DNA of 64,000 nucleotides from the NCBI GenBank assembly GCA_964549615.1, contig CAZJVP010000072.1, positions 29,312-93,311 on the forward strand, in the 5' to 3' direction. The stretch is from an uncultured Thermococci archaeon (GTDB lineage Archaea; CAYQAE01; CAYVLA01). Of the stretch, positions 40,818 through 50,485 are shown piece after piece; the first letter of the stretch is position 1, and each line of letters starts with the position of its first letter. Below the pieces are notes generated by a model. The model had not been told where the DNA came from and did not search any database. It was given only the letters and a program-made list of their open reading frames with translations. The position numbers were made by a program, and so were the translations under genes.

Positions 40818-41216
40818 TCAGTCAGGTTCGGTCGTCGGTTTGGAGATGGCAGGATGGACAACCTCCCAGTCGAAATCGATCGGCAGGGTCTTCTCAATGA
40901 CGACCGTGACGATCCTTTCCTCTCCCGAGTCCAAGTGAAAAGTCTCCTGCTTCGTCGCCAGCGTATTTCCTTCATCATCCAGCATCTTGACGACCAATGT
41001 AACGTTGCCGGGGTCGCCCGAGTTCTTTGCCGAGATGTTCACGGTCATCCTGACGTTGCGGTCCTGGTCCAGCGTCTCGGCATCCAGCTTGAACCGTATC
41101 AGCCCCAGTTCGACCTCCATTGCCTTTGGCTTGCTGGATATGCACCCCAAGATCAAAGCCACGACGAGCAACGGTCCGATGACCAAAGTCTTCCTCATGC
41201 CGGCCCTTAGCTGCAA
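40818..41216 (-). CDS. small secreted/lipoprotein-like protein
   Basis: Signal peptide with lipobox-like LILGC. Beta-rich small domain. Confidence 0.5.
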   Translation of the reverse strand: MQLRAGMRKTLVIGPLLVVALILGCISSKPKAMEVELGLIRFKLDAETLDQDRNVRMTVNISAKNSGDPGNVTLVVKMLDDEGNTLATKQETFHLDSGEERIVTVVIEKTLPIDFDWEVVHPAISKPTTEPD

Positions 41217-41380
41217 AGAGCTTCCTTATGTGTTTCCTTCCCACATGCTGCACGTTTTGAGTTCGGAGGAGCTTTGCCGGACCCGCGTTGACTGGCCAGT
41301 GTATGGCGCACCAAGGTCCGGGACTGGAACATATTTAGAAGGAGCCGGCACGACGAATGCCAAGAGCGGCTTCGGGCGGC

Positions 41381-41650
41381 ATGTCCTTGAGAGTGATACT
41401 CTATGGCATCCTAAGGTCGATCGCGGGAACGAAGGAGCTTCGCCTGGATTCGTCGACCGTTTCCGAGGCGGAAGAGGAGCTGTCCCGTCGCTTCGGACCG
41501 AGAATGCGCGAGTATCTGTACGACCAGGATGCGGTCGAGTCGCTCACGGTCGTCCTCAATGGCAGGGTTCTGTCCAAGGACGAGGCACGAGCCGCCAGGT
41601 TGCAGGGCGAGGACGTACTCGAGCTCCTTTCGCCCATCGGCGGAGGATGA
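41381..41650 (+). CDS. MoaD/ThiS-family ubiquitin-like sulfur-carrier protein
   Basis: ~90 aa ending in ...LSPIGGG (C-terminal Gly-Gly). Immediately upstream (6 nt) of the AOR gene. Confidence 0.7.
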   Translation: MSLRVILYGILRSIAGTKELRLDSSTVSEAEEELSRRFGPRMREYLYDQDAVESLTVVLNGRVLSKDEARAARLQGEDVLELLSPIGGG

Positions 41651-41656
41651 GATGCC

Positions 41657-43459
41657 ATGACCATAAGCGGCGAACTCTTGAGGTATGACCTTCGGAAGGA
41701 GACCTACGAGTTCATCAACTGGATGGAGGAAGACCGGCAGAGAGATAGAGTCAGCCTGAGAAGGATGATCGGGGGAATAGGCTTTGCCTTCGACGAGTTC
41801 CTGTCAGCGAAGCCGTGCAGGGATCCCTCTGCGAAGTTCGTGATCAACACCGGCTTCCTCACCGGCCTTCCGAGACACGGCGTGCCGAACGGATGCACCA
41901 GGACCTACGTGACCTTCCACTCCCCGGTCAAGGAAAAGAACGGGAGTTACGGCATAGCCTACGCGGCAGCAGGGGGCCTCTGCGGGCCGCACATCAAGTC
42001 CTGCGGCGTCGACGCCGTCATCCTCGTGGGCAAGGCCAACAGGCCCGTTGGGGTGATGCTTGACGCATCGTCCGATGAAAGGGAGGTCTGCCTGATAGAC
42101 ATGGACCCGTGGGTCACGACGAAGGAAACCGTGGACATGTGCTTCAAGCTCGGATACAGGGGCAGCGTCGTCGTGGGGCCGGCCGGCTTCAGGGGCGTGA
42201 GATTCGCGAGCGCCCACGTGAGCTACATGCCCCACGACCACGTCAGGGCTGCCGCCCGAGGTGGGCCTGGCCTTGCCCTGGCGGGAATGAACGTGAAAGC
42301 CGTTGGGTTCAACGGAGGAAAGGACAGGACGCCCTCCCCCAGGAACTGGACCCCCGAAGTGGAGAAGTGGATGAGAAGCATCAACCTCGAACTCGCATCG
42401 GGATCCGGCACCGAGAAATACAAGCAGCACGGGACATGGGGAGGGAACTGGTCCTATCTCGTGCCGCTTAAGGCGCTGCCCGCAGAGAACTTCGGCAACC
42501 TTGACCCGAAGGACGCCTACAAGCTGGATCCCGAATACCTGAAGTCCCAGGGCTGGTCCGTTTCGCAGAAAGGGTGCGCCTGCCCGATAATGTGCTGGAA
42601 GATACCCAAGGATCCCTCCGGCAGAAGCCTGTGGAAGATCGATTACGAGAACATAGACCTGCTCGGCCCCAACTGCGGCATATACGACATCTACACGGTG
42701 TCTCAAGCCATAGAGATGTGCGACATGCAGGGGATCGACGCAATGTCCACGGGCGGCGTGATCGCCTGGTTCTTCGAGCATAACAAGCGGCTAGGCAAGG
42801 GGCCCACCTTCGGCGACGGGCAAGCTCTCCTGGATCTGATCCAGAAGATTGCCGAGAAAAGGGATGAGGGAGGAATACTGGCGGAGGGGGTGAAGAAGGC
42901 GAGCGAGATCATGGGCGACGCGGACATCGCGATGCATGTCAAGGGACTCGAGGGCGCTGCATATCCGTTCTGGAGCAACCTCGGCTACGCCTTTGCGTTG
43001 AGAGGCGCCTGCCACACCTCGCTCGGCACCTACACCATAGGCCTGGCCAACCCGAGTGGAGTCTCAAACCCCCGATGGTGGTCGGATGAGATCGTCAAGG
43101 CGATACCTCCGAGCATGATCTGCCAGATGAGCGGTGCATGCTACTTCACCCGCAAGGTCATCATCCCCGAGCTTCCAAGGTTGGTGAAGAACCTGATCGG
43201 GGTCGAGGCGACCCGGGAGGAGATCGAACGGAGCGCCATGCAGACCTACGTGATCGCGAGAATGATTGACTGCAAGAACGGGTTCTCCTCCGCCGACGAT
43301 TCCCTACCGGAAAGGGCGTTCAGAAATACCACCACGAAGGAGCTCTTGGCCGAAACCAAACTGCTCTTCTACGAGAAGATGGGATTTGACCGGAACGGAA
43401 CCGTGACGGAGGAAACCCTGCAAAAGCACGGACTCGAAAATCTATCGGCATACATTTGA
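41657..43459 (+). CDS. aldehyde:ferredoxin oxidoreductase family (tungsten/molybdopterin) enzyme
   Basis: 600 aa. AOR-family N-terminal domain and large C-terminal domains with conserved Cys residues. Confidence 0.85.
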   Translation: MTISGELLRYDLRKETYEFINWMEEDRQRDRVSLRRMIGGIGFAFDEFLSAKPCRDPSAKFVINTGFLTGLPRHGVPNGCTRTYVTFHSPVKEKNGSYGIAYAAAGGLCGPHIKSCGVDAVILVGKANRPVGVMLDASSDEREVCLIDMDPWVTTKETVDMCFKLGYRGSVVVGPAGFRGVRFASAHVSYMPHDHVRAAARGGPGLALAGMNVKAVGFNGGKDRTPSPRNWTPEVEKWMRSINLELASGSGTEKYKQHGTWGGNWSYLVPLKALPAENFGNLDPKDAYKLDPEYLKSQGWSVSQKGCACPIMCWKIPKDPSGRSLWKIDYENIDLLGPNCGIYDIYTVSQAIEMCDMQGIDAMSTGGVIAWFFEHNKRLGKGPTFGDGQALLDLIQKIAEKRDEGGILAEGVKKASEIMGDADIAMHVKGLEGAAYPFWSNLGYAFALRGACHTSLGTYTIGLANPSGVSNPRWWSDEIVKAIPPSMICQMSGACYFTRKVIIPELPRLVKNLIGVEATREEIERSAMQTYVIARMIDCKNGFSSADDSLPERAFRNTTTKELLAETKLLFYEKMGFDRNGTVTEETLQKHGLENLSAYI

Positions 43460-43628
43460 GCTGGAACGCGCAGCAAGCCCAGGGACGATCACGCCTGTGG
43501 TTCGGCGAAAAGCGCGACCGGCATATGGGCGCCATCCTCGCCGAACGATCTGCCTGGGGGCATATTATCCACTTTTTCACCGGAGGCGCGATCATCTTGA
43601 TCGATATTTTCGGGCCCGGAAAGCTCGT

Positions 43629-45017
43629 ATGGGCCGCCCCGGCCTCATCAGGACCAGCATCGCATGTGCCGTTCTAGGCCTCGTCCTGATGTACGCCTTC
43701 TCTTGCATGGTCGAGCCTAAAGGAATCAGCATAAACCTTCTCGACCGATACATGGGCCGGATCGTGCGGGTGACGGGAACGATAGTTGATCTGCGGACGC
43801 ACGAGGCAGGCCATATGTTCGTCAAGATCAAGGATGAGTCAGGCGTGTGTGAGATCCCCCTCTTCAGGGATCTCGCTGCGAAGGTGCCCAGGCTGACGCT
43901 CGGCGATGCGCTGCAGGTCGTAGGGACCGTCGAAGAATACCTGGATTCCCTGCAAGTGGTGCCACGGAGCGAGAAGGACGTCAAGCTCGCGATTACGCCG
44001 CCCGTTCCCGTCGCGGAGGCGGTGAAGATGATCGGCGACACGATCAAGCTGGAGGGCATTGCCTTCGCCGTCAAGGATTCGGACAAGGGACAGGGCTTCT
44101 ACCTCACCGACGGCAATGCACAGGTCTACGTCTCGACGAAGGTGCGGCGACTGGTCTCAAGCGGATGTAAGGTGACGCTCTCAGGGATCATGAAGACGGG
44201 CGCGCAAGGCCCGTATCTTGCGGCATCAGAGATCCTGAGCCTTGTCGAAGACGGCGCCGAGAGAGTCGCGATCCGCGATCTTTCCTCAAAGATCGGGGTG
44301 ATGCTGATTCGAGGCAGCCTCAAAGCGACGGAGTCGGGTTGGGAGATCGACGACGGCACGGACAGGCTGGCCGTGAAGCTTGCCTTCCCGGACGTGATGG
44401 CCGAGGGCGACATAGTCGATGCCATCGTGGTGAAAAACGGTGATGGGATGAACGTGTTGGAGGTAGAACTGAACAAAGCGAACATACTGCCCCTGGAAAG
44501 GCTGGGCAACGATCTCATCGGAAAGAACGTGAGGATCAAGGGGACGGTCGTGAACAAGTTCGTCTCCGGCAACAACGCATTCCTCACGCTCCACAATGCA
44601 ACCGATGTCGAGGTTCCGATCTTCGGCGTTGGACCGGAGCTAAATGTGCAGCTCGGCGACGTACTGACCGTGTCAGGGAGGGTGGGCGTCTACAGAGAGA
44701 AGCTTCAGGTAGTGCCCCGAGACCTTTCGGACGTGAGCGTTGAACCGGGACGGATCTTGGACAAGGAGCTGGACCAGCTTTCCATGGATGATCTTTACTC
44801 GCTCGTCAGGGTGAGGGGAAGGATCTCCTCAATCAAGCGATATTCGAAGTCCTGCTCGGTCTGGATCAAGGGCCAAAGCAAGAAGGTCAGGGTCTATCTC
44901 ACTTTCGACCCGGGCGCCAACGCGACGGTTGGCACGGAGGTCGAGGTCATCGGGCTTGTCAAGTCCTACGAGGATGAAATCGAGATCGTTCCGAGGGGCG
45001 AGGAGGACTTCGGCTAG
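43629..45017 (+). CDS. membrane-anchored protein with four tandem OB-fold-like repeats
   Basis: TM/signal MGRPGLIRTSIACAVLGLVLMYAF, then four ~100-aa repeats, each with V.V.G.V…G..F.L.D..G…V (tRNA_anti-like OB pattern). Confidence 0.55.
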   Translation: MGRPGLIRTSIACAVLGLVLMYAFSCMVEPKGISINLLDRYMGRIVRVTGTIVDLRTHEAGHMFVKIKDESGVCEIPLFRDLAAKVPRLTLGDALQVVGTVEEYLDSLQVVPRSEKDVKLAITPPVPVAEAVKMIGDTIKLEGIAFAVKDSDKGQGFYLTDGNAQVYVSTKVRRLVSSGCKVTLSGIMKTGAQGPYLAASEILSLVEDGAERVAIRDLSSKIGVMLIRGSLKATESGWEIDDGTDRLAVKLAFPDVMAEGDIVDAIVVKNGDGMNVLEVELNKANILPLERLGNDLIGKNVRIKGTVVNKFVSGNNAFLTLHNATDVEVPIFGVGPELNVQLGDVLTVSGRVGVYREKLQVVPRDLSDVSVEPGRILDKELDQLSMDDLYSLVRVRGRISSIKRYSKSCSVWIKGQSKKVRVYLTFDPGANATVGTEVEVIGLVKSYEDEIEIVPRGEEDFG

Positions 45018-45038
45018 ATCGGGCTGCCGAGCTCTTCA

Positions 45039-45977
45039 TCAAAGCAGCGAACACAGATAATCCACGGCCGCCTCGGCTATGCTGCGATCCGTCACCTCTT
45101 GCAGTCCCTGCCAGCCTGGGAAGGCGTTGACTTCCAGCACGTAGTAGTCTCCCTCTACGGAGGGCAGAATGTCCACCCCAACGATCTCGCCGCCAACGGC
45201 CTCGGCGGCCTGCAATGCGATCTCATCCACATCGTCTTGGGAAGGGAGGGGCTGCGCCCCGGCAGATATGTTGGTCCTCCAGCCTTGGGGATTGAACCTC
45301 CTCATCTTCGAAACGACCTCGCCACCTATCACGAGCGCCCTGATGTCGTACTGTGGATGTTCGATGAACCTCTGAACGTAGATGACGTCCTTACCGTACT
45401 TAGCCTGGAACCATGAGACGTAGTCAACGATGTCCCCCTCCCTCATCTCCTCTGGGATCATTATGATTCCCCTGCCTTGCAGCCCCGTTATCGGCTTCAG
45501 AACGCAGGGCCTGTTGGACCTGATGAAATCAACGGCAAGATGAACGCTCTCGGTGATCAGAGTCGTGGGCATCCTCACTCCTCTTGAGACCATCCTCAGC
45601 GTCATGCTCACCTTGTTTCTGCAGGTCTCTATCGTCTCGATCGAGTTCACGATCCTCGTGCCCCGTGAGCGGAGCTGCCTTAGGAACTCGAGTTTGTAGA
45701 GCGCCTCGGGCAACTGGTCGAAGCCCAATGAGATCACGTATATCAGGTCGTAGAAGAGCTCATCCCCAGCCATCCTGAGCGAGTCGTACGAGCATTCAAC
45801 CGTCCCGTCCCGAACCTCTGTTGCAAAAAGCCATGGAAAGATTGCCTGGTGCGGGATGCGCCTGCCGGACAGTATCGGCTCCAGTTGACGGAGCCTCCAG
45901 CTCTCAGGGTTGACTCCCAGTAGACCGATCAAGGTGAAGCCCCTATCCAACCCCGAAGCGAGCGAACGATTTAACAC
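45039..45977 (-). CDS. RimK-family ATP-grasp ligase (alpha-L-glutamate/peptide ligase-like)
   Basis: ATP-grasp fold motifs (VLKPITGLQGRGI, VQRFIE, VLEVNAFPG). 312 aa. Confidence 0.8.
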   Translation of the reverse strand: MLNRSLASGLDRGFTLIGLLGVNPESWRLRQLEPILSGRRIPHQAIFPWLFATEVRDGTVECSYDSLRMAGDELFYDLIYVISLGFDQLPEALYKLEFLRQLRSRGTRIVNSIETIETCRNKVSMTLRMVSRGVRMPTTLITESVHLAVDFIRSNRPCVLKPITGLQGRGIIMIPEEMREGDIVDYVSWFQAKYGKDVIYVQRFIEHPQYDIRALVIGGEVVSKMRRFNPQGWRTNISAGAQPLPSQDDVDEIALQAAEAVGGEIVGVDILPSVEGDYYVLEVNAFPGWQGLQEVTDRSIAEAAVDYLCSLL

Positions 45978-45990
45978 TTAGCCAACGGAC

Positions 45991-47745
45991 CTATTTCGCG
46001 CCCCCCACCATCGTGAGCTCCGATAGATGCTCCAAGAAGAGGTTGTACCGCAGATAGTCATTGAGCTTCACGAAATCCTCATCGTGGACCCTCGTGCCAA
46101 GCATTATGTGGGAGAGCTCGTGGGCGACCGGGTCCACAAGGAAGAGCGGCACAAGCTGCCTCGGTGCATCGAAGACCTTCTCGACGAACTCGTTGTTCGT
46201 GTTGAGGTAAATCTCGGACGAAGATGAGAACGAGGGCTCGGCCTTGTTGCTGTATTCGACGAAGGATATCTTGATCCCCCTAGCCGTTATCGTGTTGCTC
46301 GCAAGCCTAGTCCCCCGCGCCGCCGCCCTGCCGGGTTGCCGCGGAGCCCCGCTGCCGCCAAGCCCCTTCTCGGGTCGCCCTGAGGCCTCGACGACGCTCG
46401 CCGCGACCGAGTCGGCATCGAGCTTTGGCATCTTTATCACGACCCCCGTGGATTCGTAGATACGGGATGGATCGATGAGCTTGAATGCTTGGCGCACAAG
46501 CCTCCCGGCCGAGCTCAGCAGAACCCTGCTCCTCTCCGACGTTACGGACGATTCCGCCCTTCCGCCGACATCCACATCGAGGATGGATTTCGCATCGGGA
46601 TGAACCATCTTGATCAGGTGCGGCAGGTACTCGTCGGCCGCGAGGACGACGGTGTACCCGTTGAGAACGGCCATCTCCGCCCTGTCGTCATGAGCGTTGG
46701 TGAAGATGATGTCACCCTTCAGGTCGCCTATGCGCTTCTCCCCGATTCCTATGATCTCCACCGGTATCTTGGACGCTATCGCCGCGACGCGGTTCGTCCG
46801 GGCGAAGTGCTTGAAGGTCTCAACGTAGGACCTGAGAACCTGATCATCCTCGCTCAGGGCGACCATCTGCTTTCTCAGGCACGACCGCAAGCCCTTGACG
46901 AACGCATCGTAGTCCTCGTTCTCGATTATGTTGTTGCGGTCGCTCGTCTCTTTCAAGAAATTGGCGTTGACGAACCCGCCCACCCCTCCGAAGACGCGGT
47001 CCACGACCTTGACGTAGTTGACGCAGATGCTCAGGCGCTCGACCTTTCCAGTCACCACGCCTACGCCTTTAACCTCCCTGTTGTCCTTGAGGGAGAACGA
47101 AATGTCAAAGCTCTTTCCCTCGGGGAGCTGCTCGCGCAGCGATAGCCCATTTACCCTGACGTCGAAGTCCTCAAAGAATATCGTCAGCAGGCCGCCGGTG
47201 TCGCAAAGGTAGCTGTAAACCTCCCTTGGGCGAATCTTCCTGTGAAGCTCGGTGATCGTCCACTTGGTTCCGTTATGATCCCACAGAGGGGCAACCTGGT
47301 GCACCTTCACCGACCTGGATCCCCGGATCATCTCGATGAAATGGGCATCCTGGTTCGACTGGGTGTAGATCACGGCCTTGTTGCCGAGCTGCGCCCATGA
47401 GAGGCGCCCGATGCCCTTGCCGCCGATCATGGGGCGACCGCCACTCGTCTGCTTCTTCTCCTCCTTCACATCGGAACCGATGACCAAGAACTCCTCTATC
47501 AGCTTCCGATCCATCCCGGTCCCGTCATCCTCTATCGTTATGACGTCGGACCCCATGTTCACCTCCACCTTCTTGGCGTCGGCATCGAACGGGTTCTGGA
47601 TGATGAGCTCGCGGAAGGCCTCAAGATACGATGTGTAGAGCCTTTCGCTAAGCTCCTCGAAAATCCGGTCCTGGTCGACCCTGAGCTCTAAGCTAGTGCC
47701 CTCGACAGGCCGCTTCTTCAATAGGGGAGCCTCCCAAGCGAGCAT
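45991..47745 (-). CDS. GHKL (Hsp90/MutL/His-kinase-like) ATPase-domain protein with C-terminal HExxH motif
   Basis: Bergerat-fold N-box ELIIQNPFDA and G1 box IEDDGTGM. C-terminal VAHELSHIM (HExxH). Confidence 0.7.
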   Translation of the reverse strand: MLAWEAPLLKKRPVEGTSLELRVDQDRIFEELSERLYTSYLEAFRELIIQNPFDADAKKVEVNMGSDVITIEDDGTGMDRKLIEEFLVIGSDVKEEKKQTSGGRPMIGGKGIGRLSWAQLGNKAVIYTQSNQDAHFIEMIRGSRSVKVHQVAPLWDHNGTKWTITELHRKIRPREVYSYLCDTGGLLTIFFEDFDVRVNGLSLREQLPEGKSFDISFSLKDNREVKGVGVVTGKVERLSICVNYVKVVDRVFGGVGGFVNANFLKETSDRNNIIENEDYDAFVKGLRSCLRKQMVALSEDDQVLRSYVETFKHFARTNRVAAIASKIPVEIIGIGEKRIGDLKGDIIFTNAHDDRAEMAVLNGYTVVLAADEYLPHLIKMVHPDAKSILDVDVGGRAESSVTSERSRVLLSSAGRLVRQAFKLIDPSRIYESTGVVIKMPKLDADSVAASVVEASGRPEKGLGGSGAPRQPGRAAARGTRLASNTITARGIKISFVEYSNKAEPSFSSSSEIYLNTNNEFVEKVFDAPRQLVPLFLVDPVAHELSHIMLGTRVHDEDFVKLNDYLRYNLFLEHLSELTMVGGAK

Positions 47746-47902
47746 CTCCTCCCCAGCGCGGTTCTCTTAAATGGTACGTGCCCCCGTTCCGGGCCTCGGG
47801 TCCGTCCCGCAATCACCGCCGGTTCGGATGGTGGGCGCATCCGAGATCGGGCAAACCGAGTATGTGAGGAGCCGGGTAGTTGATGTCGGGCCCCTCCTTC
47901 GA

Positions 47903-49015
47903 TCAGATGTTCGTCCGGATTCCTGCAAGGGATGTCCTGCATCGGTTGTAATGACAGAAGTTTTGCCAGGATACATCAGGCGGGATCCAGTGATCGGCGT
48001 GCGGAATGTACCCCCCACTCTCCACGACCGGCCAGACTCTCTTTACCTCCTTCTCGATCTCGCACTTGCCCTTTGACAGTGCGCGCTTGTCGATGCCTCC
48101 CATCATCACCAGTCTCTTTCCGTACTGCTTTCGAAGCGAGCAAACGTCCATGTTTGCCTGGACCTCGAGCGGCCAGATCCCGTTCAGGCCCGCCCGCAGC
48201 CAGTACGGTATGAGCGCACGGACGTCGCCATCGCTGTCGACGCATATCAGGTCCACGCCCCTGGAGCGCAGGTACTCGCACACGATCTCGTAGCGCGGAA
48301 CCATGAATTCCTTGAACAGCTCGATGCTGATCAGCGGCCCGTTCCTGTATGCCATGTCCTCCCAGAAGCCGAAGGCGTCCAGGTCGATGTCGTCCAAGAC
48401 CTTCTTGAGGATCGCGATGATGACCTCGACTCGCTGATCCATCATCCTCTCCACGAACTCCGGCTTCTCGTAGAAGGCCCTGCAGAGGTTCTTCAGCCCA
48501 AGCAGGTTGCGAAGCGGTCCGAAGAATCCACCCCACCTGCCTTGGAAGTACATCAATGGCGCCTTCCTATGTTTCCAGTCCTTGACCATTGAGTCCCAGT
48601 TTGGTGGAAACCTTTGCTTGAGCTTCGGGGCCAACCTCTTTCTAACGAGACGATCGAAGTCCTCCTCGGTCTCCACCGGAAACTTCACGAACTGGGGCAT
48701 GCTCGACTGCTCCCTGCCGCCCTTGAACTCCCTCCTAACCACCCCGTCGGGGTCGACGTACAGCAGAGTCTCCCCGTCATCCTGGATTACCTCGCGCGCG
48801 AACGGAGGACAGGGACCCGCGGAAACCGGAACTCCGAGGATAGGATCGAGACAAAAGATCTCGCCGATCGGCTTGCCGTCCCATCCTTCACGACGCCATC
48901 TCTCAGCGGTCTCTGGCCACATCCCTTCGTCCGAGATGAAAGGGCGATCGGGCTTCTCGAAGTGCGTGACAGCACGATATCTCTCTCGCGCGTCCATCCG
49001 GGCTAGACATGACAA
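47903..49015 (-). CDS. uroporphyrinogen decarboxylase (URO-D/MtaA) family protein, paralog 2
   Basis: 370 aa URO-D-fold. Same family as 20263..21333. Confidence 0.75.
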   Translation of the reverse strand: MSCLARMDARERYRAVTHFEKPDRPFISDEGMWPETAERWRREGWDGKPIGEIFCLDPILGVPVSAGPCPPFAREVIQDDGETLLYVDPDGVVRREFKGGREQSSMPQFVKFPVETEEDFDRLVRKRLAPKLKQRFPPNWDSMVKDWKHRKAPLMYFQGRWGGFFGPLRNLLGLKNLCRAFYEKPEFVERMMDQRVEVIIAILKKVLDDIDLDAFGFWEDMAYRNGPLISIELFKEFMVPRYEIVCEYLRSRGVDLICVDSDGDVRALIPYWLRAGLNGIWPLEVQANMDVCSLRKQYGKRLVMMGGIDKRALSKGKCEIEKEVKRVWPVVESGGYIPHADHWIPPDVSWQNFCHYNRCRTSLAGIRTNI

Positions 49016-49076
49016 CGCTGCGAGTTAAATGGATCCATACCCGTCCTGATTCCAGCTGGCCCCGGGCATGTAGGTT

Positions 49077-50336
49077 TCAGCTCCTTCGCGTGGTGCCCAC
49101 TGCCCTGTAGAGCCTGCGCCGCACCATTAGAGACCAGATGGCGACGCCGGCGACCATGAGGGCCCCAGAGACGGACATATACTCTATGAGATACACCCAG
49201 AGGAGGGCCCTCGACTTCGCCTCCATCGCCGCTCGCTCGGCCGCGCTGAACTCTTCCTCGAGCTTCTCAATCCACTCGAGAGCGCCGGGATAGTCCTCCT
49301 GCAAATACCTCGAGTCAACCTCCTTCTTGGCGGCCTTCACGGCCTTGAGCTTCTCATCGACCTCCTTCGTGCTTGCCCCGAAGTTCTCGATGAAACTCAG
49401 GAAGTCTCCGATCAAGGCGAGACGAGTTGAATAACTCTGAAAGCTCGCCCTGATGGTGTGCATCATTACCGGGTCATCTGGGCACTCCATGCCAACGACG
49501 AAATAGTCTAGGTTCAGGACGAAATCGATCCAGTAGGTCCAGCGGTCCTGCCAGATCCCGGATCCCTTGTAGAAGCCGTGGAGGTCGCAGGTGAACGAGA
49601 GCGCCCGGCCATTACCCACATCCCAGTAGGCAAGGAGGGGCTCTTTCTGCGGCCGCACCTCCATGACTAGCTTGCACCCTTCTTTCAGGGTCACTTGGTT
49701 TATCTCCATCAGGGGAGGCGCAGACTCGAAGGGCAGAGACCTCGTCAGAGTGTTTTCCTCAAGAACCCTCACCCACATCGGACCCGTGACGAATTTCTGG
49801 GTGAGCGAATTGGTCGGGAGGAGGTTCACGTCCAGGTAGCTGCCCTCCCACGTGGAGTGGGCCTGTGGCCCTCCGCCGAAGCCGCGGTAGCCGTCGGTCA
49901 TGGCCAACCCCATGCCGCCCTCCTTGACCGCCCTCGTGAAGTGTACCTGCCAGGCACCGGAGATCACGTTCTCGTCGCATCCCGAGAGTTGAACCATGTC
50001 GTAGCGGGACACAAGCTCATCATAGGTTCGCGGGAAGTAAACGCGCATGGCGCGATCGATATCCTCCTGCGTGTTTCCGTACATCCCGCCCTCCCCCCAC
50101 CAGACGGTTATCGCGGGTATCAGCGTCGGCTTGATCTTCGGGTCCGAAAGGAAGATCAAACCGGGCTTGGTGCCCCAGAACGGCGAGCCGATGTAGAGAA
50201 GCCTGAGCCTTCCCGTCTCCGGGTCCAACCTCTTCTGCATGCCAGAGACCATCCCACCTGCGAGGAGCAGCACGGCGACGATGATCCCTATGATCCGATG
50301 ACAAATGAGATTGGATTTAGGCTGCAACGCTCCCAC
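49077..50336 (-). CDS. paralog 3 of the secreted, C-terminally membrane-anchored protein family
   Basis: Signal-like N-terminus (IIGIIVAVLLLAGGMVSG). Motifs LDPETGRLRLLYIGSPFWG, MRVYFPRTYDELV, GGMGLAMTDG. C-terminus LLWVYLIEYM...SLMVRRRLYRAV. Confidence 0.7.
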   Translation of the reverse strand: MGALQPKSNLICHRIIGIIVAVLLLAGGMVSGMQKRLDPETGRLRLLYIGSPFWGTKPGLIFLSDPKIKPTLIPAITVWWGEGGMYGNTQEDIDRAMRVYFPRTYDELVSRYDMVQLSGCDENVISGAWQVHFTRAVKEGGMGLAMTDGYRGFGGGPQAHSTWEGSYLDVNLLPTNSLTQKFVTGPMWVRVLEENTLTRSLPFESAPPLMEINQVTLKEGCKLVMEVRPQKEPLLAYWDVGNGRALSFTCDLHGFYKGSGIWQDRWTYWIDFVLNLDYFVVGMECPDDPVMMHTIRASFQSYSTRLALIGDFLSFIENFGASTKEVDEKLKAVKAAKKEVDSRYLQEDYPGALEWIEKLEEEFSAAERAAMEAKSRALLWVYLIEYMSVSGALMVAGVAIWSLMVRRRLYRAVGTTRRS

Positions 50337-50485
50337 TTGTTGATCCTTAAGCTGAAAAAACTTCCGAGATCAACGCGATGCGTCATCGCTGGAAGGGCAG
50401 GTAGCTGCTAGAGCCGCGAGCCTTTTCTCGGCCTGCGCAAGGCCTCGGATGGGCGATGCCGGGAAACGGTTAAGAGCCTTAGGCC

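Noticed and set aside
41804-42781. 325-aa minus ORF
   Set aside because: Antisense to the AOR gene.
43592-44596. Minus ORFs 43592..44086 and 44126..44596
   Set aside because: Antisense to the OB-repeat protein gene.
46489-47145. 218-aa plus ORF
   Set aside because: Antisense to the GHKL gene.
49695-50411. 238-aa plus ORF
   Set aside because: Antisense to paralog 3.
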